From an uncultured delta proteobacterium (lineage in GTDB: Bacteria > Myxococcota_A > Polyangia > Polyangiales > Polyangiaceae): 64,000 bases of DNA. The number at the start of each line of letters is the position of its first letter. The first letter of the stretch is position 1. Positions 1 through 9,172 of this stretch are shown one piece after another. The notes under the pieces are model-generated. The model made no database searches. It was not told where the DNA came from and worked only from the letters and a program-made list of their open reading frames with translations. Position numbers and translations under genes: made by a program. The stretch lies in contig CAVOKF010000006.1 of NCBI GenBank assembly GCA_963696385.1, forward strand, positions 416,001-480,000, read 5' to 3'.

Positions 1-1815
1 CTTTCGCCATCGACCTCGTCGAACGACGCAGGCGCATCGGCAAGGCCACCCCCCGCCGTTGCGCCGCCGCCTGCTGTCGCGCCCACCGAACCACCGCCTC
101 CCGCGTCGCAACCATCCACACCCCCTCCGTCGGCCGCGCCCCCATCTGCGCCACCTCCGTTTGCTGGGGCCCCATCCGCGTCGCCCGCATCCGCTCCGGC
201 GACCCCTTCCCACCTTGGGGTTTCGACCGCGGCGGCGAAGCCCGCGCCGCAAGACGAGCTACCGAACGCCGGATACGTCCCGGGCTACCGACAAGGATCG
301 ACCCTCACCCTGTCGCCGTATTCGCCGCTGGTCGGCGAGGTGCCGGGCGGGATGACGCCCGGATACCACGCGCCGATGCCGCCTGTGGATTGGACCTTCC
401 GCTGGAACGGCTTCATGACGGCGTCGCTGCAGGCGAGCATGAACGATAGGCTCCTGCCGGCGAACGGGCAGACCCGGTTCGTGCTCCATGCGCCGCCGCA
501 GACGCTCGACGAGTACGGCTCGTTTCTCGGAACGTCGACGATGCCCGGGGAGTGGGCCCAGCTCAATTTTGCTTACGGCAATCGGTACGTCACGGCCAAC
601 GCCTCGTTGACGACCTGGAACCCGACCGACGCCTCTACGTACTACCAGTTGGGCAGCGAGCAGTTCATCAACAACATGTACCTCAAGTACAGTCCTCCCC
701 CGATCGGCGGCGTCCGTGTGCACGTGCTCGCAGGCTACTTTTACAACGCCTACGGGGCCATCGCGCAATACGGGTTTGGCATGTACACGAACGCGCTCGT
801 GGGTGGGGTGCGAGGGGTCGGAGAGGACGTGATCGCCGAGTACGACCTGAGCGACTCCACCACCGTCACGGTCGAAGACGGAGTGATGGGCAGCCGAAAC
901 GGCATGGGGGCGATCAACATCGTTCCGAACTCGCAAAACGGTGCCGGCAGTCCGATCCTCTGGCCGTCGGCGTGGATTCACCACGCGCACGTCGGTTTCG
1001 AAGAGCGGGGCCCGGTGACGTTTCGGGCGCACGCCCACTACATCACGAATTGGGCCCAAGACGACCGCATCCAGAGCTGCTACGGGGAGACCGGTTCGGG
1101 TCGACTGCCGCCGACGCCCTCGCCGCTCGCCCCCTGTGTGCCGTACGACAACCCGGTGACCCGGCAGATCGACGAGGCGTACGTCAAAGACGGCCGGGTG
1201 CAGGTCCTCGGCTTCGATGCGGCGGCCGTGTCGTCGCTCTGGGGGTACTTGGGGGCCGCCGTCTCGTACACCCGTGGAGACAACGCGTACCCCGTCAAGG
1301 GCGCCGTCACGTTCGGGGGCGATGGCGAGACGTTGACCAACCGTTGGTGGGGGCAGAACTCGGGCGGCAACGGAGAGCTCGTCGCCGCAGGCATCAACTA
1401 CAGCACGAGCATCGGACGCATGGTCAGTTACCCGGTCCCTTTTGGCCAGGATGGACCGGACCTCGCGCTGAACGCGGGGTTCGTCTTCGCCGAGTCGTGG
1501 TCGCCGTTTGGGCCGTTCGATGCCCGGATGCGGTACAAGGGCGGCGCCGATCTGCTTTACACATTTCTACCCTTCGCGGGTGTGGGTTTTCGCGCGGACG
1601 CCGTCGCTCCGAACTCGCACGATGCGCTCGAGACATTCTACGTTCTCGCGCCGCGCCTCGTTCTGAAGAGCGACTGGAACAGCCGGGACACGATCACGCT
1701 CGTGTACGGCAAGTGGTTTTGTGGCCCGCACACCCATCCCGAGACGAGCTCGGTGACCTGTGGCGAGAGGCTCGATGACCAGCTCTTCGCCCTCAACGCC
1801 CAGATGTGGTGGTGA
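1..1815 (+). CDS. Putative outer-membrane beta-barrel protein (WW-terminal family), 5' partial
   Basis: Frame is open from base 1 (Pro/Ala/Ser-rich linker, then NAGYVPGY...PGGMTPG), so it extends beyond ORF 340..1815. Alternating aromatic/polar strands; ends FALNAQMWW. Paralog of the next gene. Confidence 0.6.
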   Translation, partial: LSPSTSSNDAGASARPPPAVAPPPAVAPTEPPPPASQPSTPPPSAAPPSAPPPFAGAPSASPASAPATPSHLGVSTAAAKPAPQDELPNAGYVPGYRQGSTLTLSPYSPLVGEVPGGMTPGYHAPMPPVDWTFRWNGFMTASLQASMNDRLLPANGQTRFVLHAPPQTLDEYGSFLGTSTMPGEWAQLNFAYGNRYVTANASLTTWNPTDASTYYQLGSEQFINNMYLKYSPPPIGGVRVHVLAGYFYNAYGAIAQYGFGMYTNALVGGVRGVGEDVIAEYDLSDSTTVTVEDGVMGSRNGMGAINIVPNSQNGAGSPILWPSAWIHHAHVGFEERGPVTFRAHAHYITNWAQDDRIQSCYGETGSGRLPPTPSPLAPCVPYDNPVTRQIDEAYVKDGRVQVLGFDAAAVSSLWGYLGAAVSYTRGDNAYPVKGAVTFGGDGETLTNRWWGQNSGGNGELVAAGINYSTSIGRMVSYPVPFGQDGPDLALNAGFVFAESWSPFGPFDARMRYKGGADLLYTFLPFAGVGFRADAVAPNSHDALETFYVLAPRLVLKSDWNSRDTITLVYGKWFCGPHTHPETSSVTCGERLDDQLFALNAQMWW

Positions 1816-3482
1816 ATCGAGCCGCCATGGGGTCTTGCAACGTGGAGTCGATCATGCCGTTGTTCGCCGACATTCGGTCGATGGTTCGCGCGATCCCGCG
1901 CGACCTCCAGGTCGGTTCCCTGGTCGTCTGTGCCGCTCTGGCTCTCGGGCCGGTCGCGCGCGCCGACGGACTCACCCCTTCCGGTGCGACGGCGGCTCCG
2001 AATCGGTCCACGTTGGCTCTCGATCCGACGACCCCGCAGGTGCCGTCGTTGCCCGGCGGCGTCACTCCCGGTTTTGGCTCGCCGTCGGCGTCGAGCCAGG
2101 ACTGGCGCTTCGACTTTCACGGCTTCATCACGGCTCCGCTGAACGTCGGATTCAACAGCCGACCCAATGCGCAACCAGGTCAGAGCACCACAGTGCTGCA
2201 TGCGCCCCCGGAGGTACCCGACGACTTCGAGACGTTTTCCCATACCTCGGTCGTGCCGATGACGTACGCCCAGCTCACGTTCTCCGAGAGCAACGACGTC
2301 GTCTCGGCCAACGTGAGCATCCTGGCGCGCCAGGCGACCGTGTCCGAGTCGTTCCTCGAGCCCGCATCGCAAGAGGGGATCACCGATGCGTTTCTGAGTT
2401 ACCTGCCCAAACTCGGCCCCAACGTGCGCATGCGGGCGATCGTGGGCGCGTTCACCAGCCGCTACGGTTCACCCGGAGAGTACGATGAAGGACGCTACGG
2501 CACGCCCCTCATCGCGCGCATCGGCGGCGCGGGCGAGCTGATCGGGGTCGCGCTGCCGATCGGCCCCAACACCCTGATGTTCGAGCAAGGCTTGCAGGGC
2601 CAGACCAATACCGCCAGTGCCAGCATCACGCCCGACGTCTGGAACGACTTCGCGGACCCCGAAGAGGGGACCACGTTCGTCGACCACTTCCACGCTGGTT
2701 TCAATTATCGATCGTGGGTCACCGTCGGCGCGCACTTCATCAACGCGCAGAGTCACGACGACCGCGCGACGGGGCCGCTCGCCCCCGACGGGAGCATTTC
2801 GGTCTTGGCCGCAGACATCCGCCTGTCGATGCACCGCTTCGGAAATTTCTACTTTGCGTTCGCGAGCACGAAGGCCTCGCACGCCCGCGTGGTCAGCCGG
2901 ATCCTCAGCATCCTCAACACACCTGGAGGCCCTGGGCTGGCCAACGACTACCTGGGACCGGTGGCCAACGGCGGCGATGCGACCGGCACGTTGACGACGG
3001 GCGGCGCGCAGTACGACTTGAGCCTGGCGAGATTGGTGAACTTCCCGGCCCCGTTCGCGGGAGACGGACCGGACGTGTTCGTGAGCGTCTTCGGCCTCGG
3101 CACGAGCGTGAGCAGCGCGTTTCCCCGCCAGCCGGGCGTCTTGGACGGGGTCGCGGTCACCAAGGGCGTTTACGGAGACGGAGTCACCAAGATCAAAGTG
3201 GGTGCGGAGGGGACCTACAGCGTCCTGCCGTGGCTGGCCTTTTCAGCCCGCTTCGACCGCGTCATGCCCGCGATCGACGACAGCAGCACGGCCTTCTCGG
3301 TGCTTTCTCCGCGGGTCATTTTCCGCACCGGGTGGACCGCGACCGACGCGCTCGTCCTGCAATACTCCCATTGGTTCGATGGGCGGTACACCACCGTACG
3401 CACCGGCGAGCCCGCGGTCGACAACCTCGACGTCATCCCGGATTCCGACGTCCTGTCCCTTTCGGCCAACATCTGGTGGTGA
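1806..3482 (+). CDS. Putative outer-membrane beta-barrel protein (WW-terminal family), paralog 2
   Basis: Signal peptide LVVCAALALGPVARA|DG (start may be ATG 1853 or 1881). Ends LSLSANIWW. Colinear similarity to the upstream gene. Confidence 0.6.
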   Translation: MVVNRAAMGSCNVESIMPLFADIRSMVRAIPRDLQVGSLVVCAALALGPVARADGLTPSGATAAPNRSTLALDPTTPQVPSLPGGVTPGFGSPSASSQDWRFDFHGFITAPLNVGFNSRPNAQPGQSTTVLHAPPEVPDDFETFSHTSVVPMTYAQLTFSESNDVVSANVSILARQATVSESFLEPASQEGITDAFLSYLPKLGPNVRMRAIVGAFTSRYGSPGEYDEGRYGTPLIARIGGAGELIGVALPIGPNTLMFEQGLQGQTNTASASITPDVWNDFADPEEGTTFVDHFHAGFNYRSWVTVGAHFINAQSHDDRATGPLAPDGSISVLAADIRLSMHRFGNFYFAFASTKASHARVVSRILSILNTPGGPGLANDYLGPVANGGDATGTLTTGGAQYDLSLARLVNFPAPFAGDGPDVFVSVFGLGTSVSSAFPRQPGVLDGVAVTKGVYGDGVTKIKVGAEGTYSVLPWLAFSARFDRVMPAIDDSSTAFSVLSPRVIFRTGWTATDALVLQYSHWFDGRYTTVRTGEPAVDNLDVIPDSDVLSLSANIWW

Positions 3483-3599
3483 TTCGATCGGGCCGCAAGG
3501 TTTTCGCAACGGCTCTCGGGGGCGGAAGAGGTGGACCCTCGGGTCTCGATTTGGTAAAGCGTCCTTACGGGCGTAGGGGCTAGCGCGACGGAGGTCGAA

Positions 3600-4520
3600 A
3601 TGGCGACATCGGGTGTTCGTTCAGGACTCATCGCGTGCGCGGCGATCGTGTTTACGACGGGGATGGCCGTGGCGAACGGCTGCAGCAGCAGCAATGCCTG
3701 TCGCGTCGACTGCGGAGCCACCAACACCGGCGCGAGCACGACCGCCAGCACGGGTACCGGCGTCGGCACGGCGAGCAGCAGCAGTGTCGCGACGAGCAGC
3801 AGCAGCAGCAGCAGCAGCAGCGCGACGAGCACGAGCAGCGGCACATCGAGCAGCAGCAGCAGTGCCGCGGGCGCGTGCAGCCTTCCGAGTCCCGGACTCA
3901 ACCTTTACGTCGGCTTGCTCGCTCCGGCGTGCCCCACGGCCCCCCTGATTGGCGGCAACTACTTTTTCTCCTACAACGATGGGACGGCCGGGGATGGGGG
4001 GACGGTCAGCCTGACGTACATGACACCCGGGTGCAGCGGCACGGGACAGTGCGGCGTGTATGCGTCGGGTTCTGGCTACACCGGCTATGGGGCCGGCATC
4101 GGCTTCACCCTCAACAACAACAACCCGAGCGACGCGGGCGTGGGATACACCGGCTTTCAAGTGTACGTGATGGGAACGACGACCGGCACCCGAGGCCCCG
4201 GCTACCAGATGGCCAACAACACGATTCACGTGAAATTTCCCACGTCGACCAACCGCGACGGCGACGATTACGGCGCGTATTGTCCCACCCAAGGCGACTC
4301 GGGGACCGGCTGGACGCTCTGCAAGCTTCCCTTTGCGGGGCTCACACGCGACTGCTTCGCTCCCGCCGACGCCGGGTATCCCTCCTGCGCCAGCGACACG
4401 TTCGACCTTGCGAATCTCGAGAAGATCCAATTCGAGGCCTCGTTGTATTCGGCCGAGGACGGCGGAGTTCCCAATCCGGTGACTTTCAGCATCGCTCTCG
4501 ATGACATCGCGTTCTACTGA
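3600..4520 (+). CDS. Secreted lipoprotein with poly-Ser linker and CBM11/CIA30-like carbohydrate-binding domain
   Basis: GGAGG RBS; lipobox-like VANGC; AGC-repeat Ser linker; GYGAGIGF..., FDLANLEKIQF, LDDIAFY. Confidence 0.6.
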   Translation: MATSGVRSGLIACAAIVFTTGMAVANGCSSSNACRVDCGATNTGASTTASTGTGVGTASSSSVATSSSSSSSSSATSTSSGTSSSSSSAAGACSLPSPGLNLYVGLLAPACPTAPLIGGNYFFSYNDGTAGDGGTVSLTYMTPGCSGTGQCGVYASGSGYTGYGAGIGFTLNNNNPSDAGVGYTGFQVYVMGTTTGTRGPGYQMANNTIHVKFPTSTNRDGDDYGAYCPTQGDSGTGWTLCKLPFAGLTRDCFAPADAGYPSCASDTFDLANLEKIQFEASLYSAEDGGVPNPVTFSIALDDIAFY

Positions 4521-5253
4521 CGTGCGCACGGGGCGAAACGGCCTGTGGGGATCGGGCCGATGGGTCGTGGCGATCGGCGTGCTCGGGGTTGCTTGCGTCG
4601 ACCCGTCGTTGCGAGCGACCTGTCCGGTAGCGCCCGGGCAAGGACCGAAGGTCTGCACGAAGGGCATTCGTCCGGCCGTCGACGGCGTCATCGACGACTT
4701 CGAAGACGGCGATCTGCAGTTGTTGAAACTGGCGGACCGGAGCGGCTATTGGTTTGCGAGTCACGACGACCTCGGATCGTCGCTCCTGCCGAACCCGCTC
4801 GTGACGTCGGCCGGTGGCGCCGACGGGTCGCAGAAAGCGCTGCACGTCACCGGGCAAACGTCGAGCGGCGGCGGGGCGTGGGGCGCGCTGGTCGGAGCGA
4901 ACTTCGTCGGCGAGGGCGTCTACGATGGCTCGGACCACGCGGGCATCTCGTTCAAAGCGAAAGTCGGCAGCACCTCGACCCAAACCGTGAGCTTCAAGGT
5001 CGCCGACGTGAACACGCACCCGGACGGCGGCGTTTGCAAAAACTGTTGGAATCACTTCCAAAAGAAGATCGCGCTCACGACCCAGTGGCGACAATACCGA
5101 GTATCGTTTGCCGAGATGACGCAGGAAGCCGGCTGGGGGGACCCGTTTCCGGCCATCACACCGTCGAAGCTCATCGCGATGAACTGGTCGATCGAACCAG
5201 GACGCGTGTTCGACCTGTGGATCGACGACATCCAGTTTTTCGATTGCCTTTGA
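4501..5253 (+). CDS. Lipoprotein with CBM11-like carbohydrate-binding domain
   Basis: Lipobox LGVAC; IDDFEDGD, GYWF, YDGSDHAGISFKAK, WRQYRVSF, FDLWIDDIQF. Confidence 0.7.
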   Translation: MTSRSTDVRTGRNGLWGSGRWVVAIGVLGVACVDPSLRATCPVAPGQGPKVCTKGIRPAVDGVIDDFEDGDLQLLKLADRSGYWFASHDDLGSSLLPNPLVTSAGGADGSQKALHVTGQTSSGGGAWGALVGANFVGEGVYDGSDHAGISFKAKVGSTSTQTVSFKVADVNTHPDGGVCKNCWNHFQKKIALTTQWRQYRVSFAEMTQEAGWGDPFPAITPSKLIAMNWSIEPGRVFDLWIDDIQFFDCL

Positions 5254-5296
5254 CGCATCCGGCGCCGAACGGACCGGACGTGGCCGGTCCCCGTCG

Positions 5297-6808
5297 TCAA
5301 TTGACGACCGCCGCCGATGCCGTCGATGCCGAGTTGCCCCCGTCGCCTTCGCGATAGAAGCTGACCGTGTCGATCCAGTAGTCGATCCACCCGATGTCGA
5401 ACGTGAAGCGGACGACCGACACGGCGTGCAAGTCGAAGATATCCGATTTCTTGCCGAAGCCCTGCTGGTGCAAAACGGTGAACGGGACTTTGTAGAAGGT
5501 CCAGTCGGTGCCCAGGTCCACCGTCGTCATCCAGAAGTCGCCGCACACATCCACCGGAGCGGCCGGTGGCGGGTCCGTTGCGGGGTCGAAGCAATAGCTA
5601 CCCGCGACGCCGGTAGCAAAGGCGTAGGGGGTGCAGGGACGACCGAAAAATTGAGGGTCCCCGTAGGAGCCGGCGGCGTCGGCAAAGGCCCCCGCGTCCG
5701 GCAACATATCGCACGGGTAGGCCGGGTAGGGCTGATTGCAGTTGGTGACGCCACAGCACGTGCTCGGTCCCCCATTGAATCCCACGCAGCTCAGTTCGCT
5801 CGCACTGCAGACCGAGATCAAGTCCGCATTGGGCGGGAACTGGTCCCCGCAGAAGTAGCCCGATGCGCCCGTGGGAACGTTCAGGCCCTGGTTCAGCGGC
5901 AACTGGGGCAAAAATTCGCACGCCTGGTGGTTCTGGTTGCAATCGCACTCGCGCACGCGGTCGCAGTAAATCGGTTGCGACTGCCCGGTAGCAGCTTGCT
6001 GACGCTGGGCGAGATAGTTGATGTCGTCGTCCGTGTACTTGTCGCCCACGGTAACGCGCAGACCGGCCTGGCCGTTCGGCCCACGCCGCGCCCAGAAGCT
6101 CACGCCTTCATAGGCGCTGACGTCGATGGTCCCCATCCAGACCGCGAACTCGGTTCCGGCGGGTGGACACTCGGGTGGCAACGGCACGTTCGTGGGACAG
6201 GGGGCGCTGGGGTCAGCCGCAGGGACGGGGCAGCACAGATCCTTCAGCGCATTGGGGTCCGCGTACGGATTCTGGTCGCGGTTGCCTCCGTTGGGATCAC
6301 GGCCGTTGAGTTTCGCCATGGGCACCCCGAAGCCCCCGCCCCACCCCTTGAATGGACCCCCGAAAATATGGAACACGTAATTGGCGTCCTCATTGCCGTA
6401 CACGTTGGGGTGCGCGCAGAGCGGTACGGGCGTGACCGACGGTTGGAAGCCCCCTCCATCGACGGCTTCGCCTGGGCTCCCTTGGTAAAAGAGAGGCGCC
6501 GTGCCGTCCGTATAGGTGTAAAGGTCTGCAGCGACGCCGAGCGTTCCCGCCGCGGTGGGGTCGTCGTCGAAGCTCTCGATCTCCAGCGTGTCGATCCCAT
6601 TCTGCTGGCTGCAATCCACCGGCCCCCACCCTGGATCGGGCTCGCATGCGCCGATGCAAATGCCGTCGGTCGTGGCGGCCCCGTTCGGGACGACCGCCTG
6701 ACCGCGCGGCCGGTCGCAGCCGACGAACGAGGACAGCAAGGCGATGCCGATCGCCCCGCGTACGCCACGGCCCATTTCCGACAGGGTTGGATCGATCGGA
6801 TGGTTCAT
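5297..6808 (-). CDS. Cys-rich lipoprotein with split CBM11-like domain
   Basis: Only the C-terminal part of ORF 5297..8770 is genuine (from MNHPIDP, or MGRG at 6775). Lipobox FVGC; WGGGFG, DVSAYEGVSFWAR, WTFYKVPF, YWIDTVSFY; more than 20 Cys. Confidence 0.65.
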   Translation of the reverse strand: MNHPIDPTLSEMGRGVRGAIGIALLSSFVGCDRPRGQAVVPNGAATTDGICIGACEPDPGWGPVDCSQQNGIDTLEIESFDDDPTAAGTLGVAADLYTYTDGTAPLFYQGSPGEAVDGGGFQPSVTPVPLCAHPNVYGNEDANYVFHIFGGPFKGWGGGFGVPMAKLNGRDPNGGNRDQNPYADPNALKDLCCPVPAADPSAPCPTNVPLPPECPPAGTEFAVWMGTIDVSAYEGVSFWARRGPNGQAGLRVTVGDKYTDDDINYLAQRQQAATGQSQPIYCDRVRECDCNQNHQACEFLPQLPLNQGLNVPTGASGYFCGDQFPPNADLISVCSASELSCVGFNGGPSTCCGVTNCNQPYPAYPCDMLPDAGAFADAAGSYGDPQFFGRPCTPYAFATGVAGSYCFDPATDPPPAAPVDVCGDFWMTTVDLGTDWTFYKVPFTVLHQQGFGKKSDIFDLHAVSVVRFTFDIGWIDYWIDTVSFYREGDGGNSASTASAAVVN

Positions 6809-6831
6809 GCGGTCGCCGTGTCGGGCGCGGA

Positions 6832-9036
6832 TCACCGCGCGTCGCAAACGAAGAGAGTCGCCGAAAGCGGCGGCAGATCGTAGCTCATCTTGTTGTCGCG
6901 GAGTTCGAGATTCGGTTCGACGATCTGGATGCGCGGGCCGGTTCGGTCGAGCCGGTACACCCGAGCGACGGAGTACCGGGTACTGCCCCGGATGGCGATC
7001 GCCCCGGTGAATTTCGCGCGCGCATCTTTGTTGATGACGAGGACCGTCAGCCGGCCGGGCCTCTTGGAGTCCGTCGCCGCGAAGACCGATGCCTGCTTCA
7101 CGTCCGGCACATTCGCGGTGACGGCCGTGTCGCCGTACGTACCTCCCCGGCCGTCGTAGTTCCGATAGAGTTCGAACGCGGCGGCGATGTACGGCGGAAG
7201 AGGCCCGTTGCCCGCACCATTTCCCCAGTACGTCGCGAGGTACACCCCCTCGCGGCCCAGGACGCCGAGTACGTCGGCCTGAGCCAGACCCCCGGACACG
7301 CGATTGCCGCTCCCGAAGTTGTATTCGGTGAGAGACAAATGGGTGCCCGGGTACTGCTTCGCGATCTTCGCGGACAGCCACGGGATGAGCCCGATGGGCT
7401 TGCCCGATGCGTCGACGGTCGAGATTTTCTCTCGGTACGAAGGATCCCAAAAGACCCGCGGCGCTTGCAGGCGCGCTTGGACGGTTTTGGCGGACTCGTC
7501 GTCTTCCGTGATCGGGCGGGTCCCTCGGACCTCGGGGTAGAAGTGCACGTCGAGTACGTGCACCAGGCGCCGATGGTATTTCTCTTCGAGCTGCCGGAGC
7601 GACGCGAGGAAAAAATCGGTATACGTGCCGTATTGGGCATTGAACTCCTTCGAGTCCGGCGCCTCCTCGAGCGTAAGGTACTCGTTCCATCCGTACATGA
7701 CGCCGCCGAGCACGACGGCCGTCGGATCGATCGTCGTGATGGCCGAAGCCAGCGCTTCGGTCCGCGTCACCATCTCCCGGTAGGTGGTCTTCTCGGGGTG
7801 AACTCGCGGATGGGTGGACGGCCATAGCGACGGCTCGTTGTCGAGAGAATAGAATTGGATACCCCCTTGGGCGGCCCGCCCGAGCTTGTGCACCAGGGTG
7901 TTCACGAACTCGTCCTCGTACACGACGCCGTCGCCCAGGTCCGGCACGTCCGCGTACGGTCCGTTCTTGTGCGGAAGCGATCGGTCCCAGCGCTTGCTCG
8001 GCGCCTTTTCGTCCACCGATACGCCGAGCTTCTTGTCCGCCGCGACGTAGTCGACGAGCGGCACGGTCGCGAGGGTGGCCGCGCCGATTCGCTTGTTGTC
8101 GGCGGCAAAGTCGAGAAACTGTGCCGCCGGCTCCCCGCAGTTGGTGTAGCCGAGCACCGTGCAGGGCCAGTCGTCGCTCTGGTTCTTGTAGTCGTTGCCC
8201 GCGTTCGACGCGTTGATTTCCCAGTTGTACGCGGTCTGTCGATTGCCGCCCATTCGCCGAACCGTCACGCCCGTGCCGGGGGCCTCTTGCGAGTTCACGC
8301 CGTAGACGTAGGGACTGATATTTCCGATCGTCTTCGCCGGCTCGACGTCGATCGCGAGCGGTCCGCCGTCGACGGGTGCGACCGCGACCTCCACGACCTT
8401 CGGGAAGCTCGACGGCTTGGTCGTCGGCAGCGCGGCCATCCGCAGCTTCTTGCCAAAGTTTTCGACCGTGACGCCGCCGATGTCGATCGTCTCGGGCTCG
8501 TAGCCGAGATGAAACGTCATCTGCCCCTGCCCGGGCCCGAGCCGCTGTTTGGACACGAAAGGGACGTGGACCTCGCGCCACGCGGGGCCGGCCTGGATGT
8601 CGTAGATGATCCCCTTGGTGTACGGAGCTTTCGCCTCTTCGAAGACGAATTGCGTTTGCCCCGTCGTGGCCCCTTCGAGTGGCTTTTCGGCGCGAAAGTA
8701 GAACGTGGCCAGCAGAACGTCGCCTTCCTCGACGGGCCCGGTGGTCGGCGCCTGGAGCTGGACCGACCATTCGTGGTCGGTGCCGCCCTTGGTTTCGGCG
8801 CGAACGGCCTCGGTGAACGGTTGTCCCACCACGGCCACTGTGCGGATGGCGACCTTGTCCTTGTCACCTTGGACCGCGAACGCCTGGATGCCCCCTGCGC
8901 CGAGGAGACTCCGCCCGGTGCCGACGACGCTGCCGGTCAACGCATTCACGGGCGGACAATCGAGCTTGCGTTGAATGCAACCCGAAACAAGGACGGCAAG
9001 CCACACGACCCCGACGACCCGTACCGGCCCAACCAT
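6832..9036 (-). CDS. Glycoside hydrolase family 44 (endoglucanase/xyloglucanase) lipoprotein with N-terminal CBM4_9-like module
   Basis: ISPYVYGVN, RMGGNRQTAYNWEINASNAGND, LDNEPSLW, LDVHFYPE, TEYNFG; lipobox VSGC after MVGPV start. Confidence 0.85.
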   Translation of the reverse strand: MVGPVRVVGVVWLAVLVSGCIQRKLDCPPVNALTGSVVGTGRSLLGAGGIQAFAVQGDKDKVAIRTVAVVGQPFTEAVRAETKGGTDHEWSVQLQAPTTGPVEEGDVLLATFYFRAEKPLEGATTGQTQFVFEEAKAPYTKGIIYDIQAGPAWREVHVPFVSKQRLGPGQGQMTFHLGYEPETIDIGGVTVENFGKKLRMAALPTTKPSSFPKVVEVAVAPVDGGPLAIDVEPAKTIGNISPYVYGVNSQEAPGTGVTVRRMGGNRQTAYNWEINASNAGNDYKNQSDDWPCTVLGYTNCGEPAAQFLDFAADNKRIGAATLATVPLVDYVAADKKLGVSVDEKAPSKRWDRSLPHKNGPYADVPDLGDGVVYEDEFVNTLVHKLGRAAQGGIQFYSLDNEPSLWPSTHPRVHPEKTTYREMVTRTEALASAITTIDPTAVVLGGVMYGWNEYLTLEEAPDSKEFNAQYGTYTDFFLASLRQLEEKYHRRLVHVLDVHFYPEVRGTRPITEDDESAKTVQARLQAPRVFWDPSYREKISTVDASGKPIGLIPWLSAKIAKQYPGTHLSLTEYNFGSGNRVSGGLAQADVLGVLGREGVYLATYWGNGAGNGPLPPYIAAAFELYRNYDGRGGTYGDTAVTANVPDVKQASVFAATDSKRPGRLTVLVINKDARAKFTGAIAIRGSTRYSVARVYRLDRTGPRIQIVEPNLELRDNKMSYDLPPLSATLFVCDAR

Positions 9037-9172
9037 GGGCGCACGATAGGCCCACGCCGGGCGAGTTTCCAAGGCGAATGACCGGGCCACAAGGGGCCGA
9101 GGTCATCGCCCTCGCTTCGGGCTCCCCTTCCTGGCGTCCGGTCCCCGCTCTGGTAGAGTCCGCGCCACTTGG

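Noticed and set aside
3635..4504. Poly-Gln ORF and antisense poly-Cys/poly-Leu ORFs
   Set aside because: Alternative readings of the AGC repeat that encodes the Ser linker.
6809..8770. N-terminal two-thirds of the 1157-aa ORF 5297..8770
   Set aside because: Arg-rich off-frame shadow of the GH44 gene; the real gene starts near 6808.
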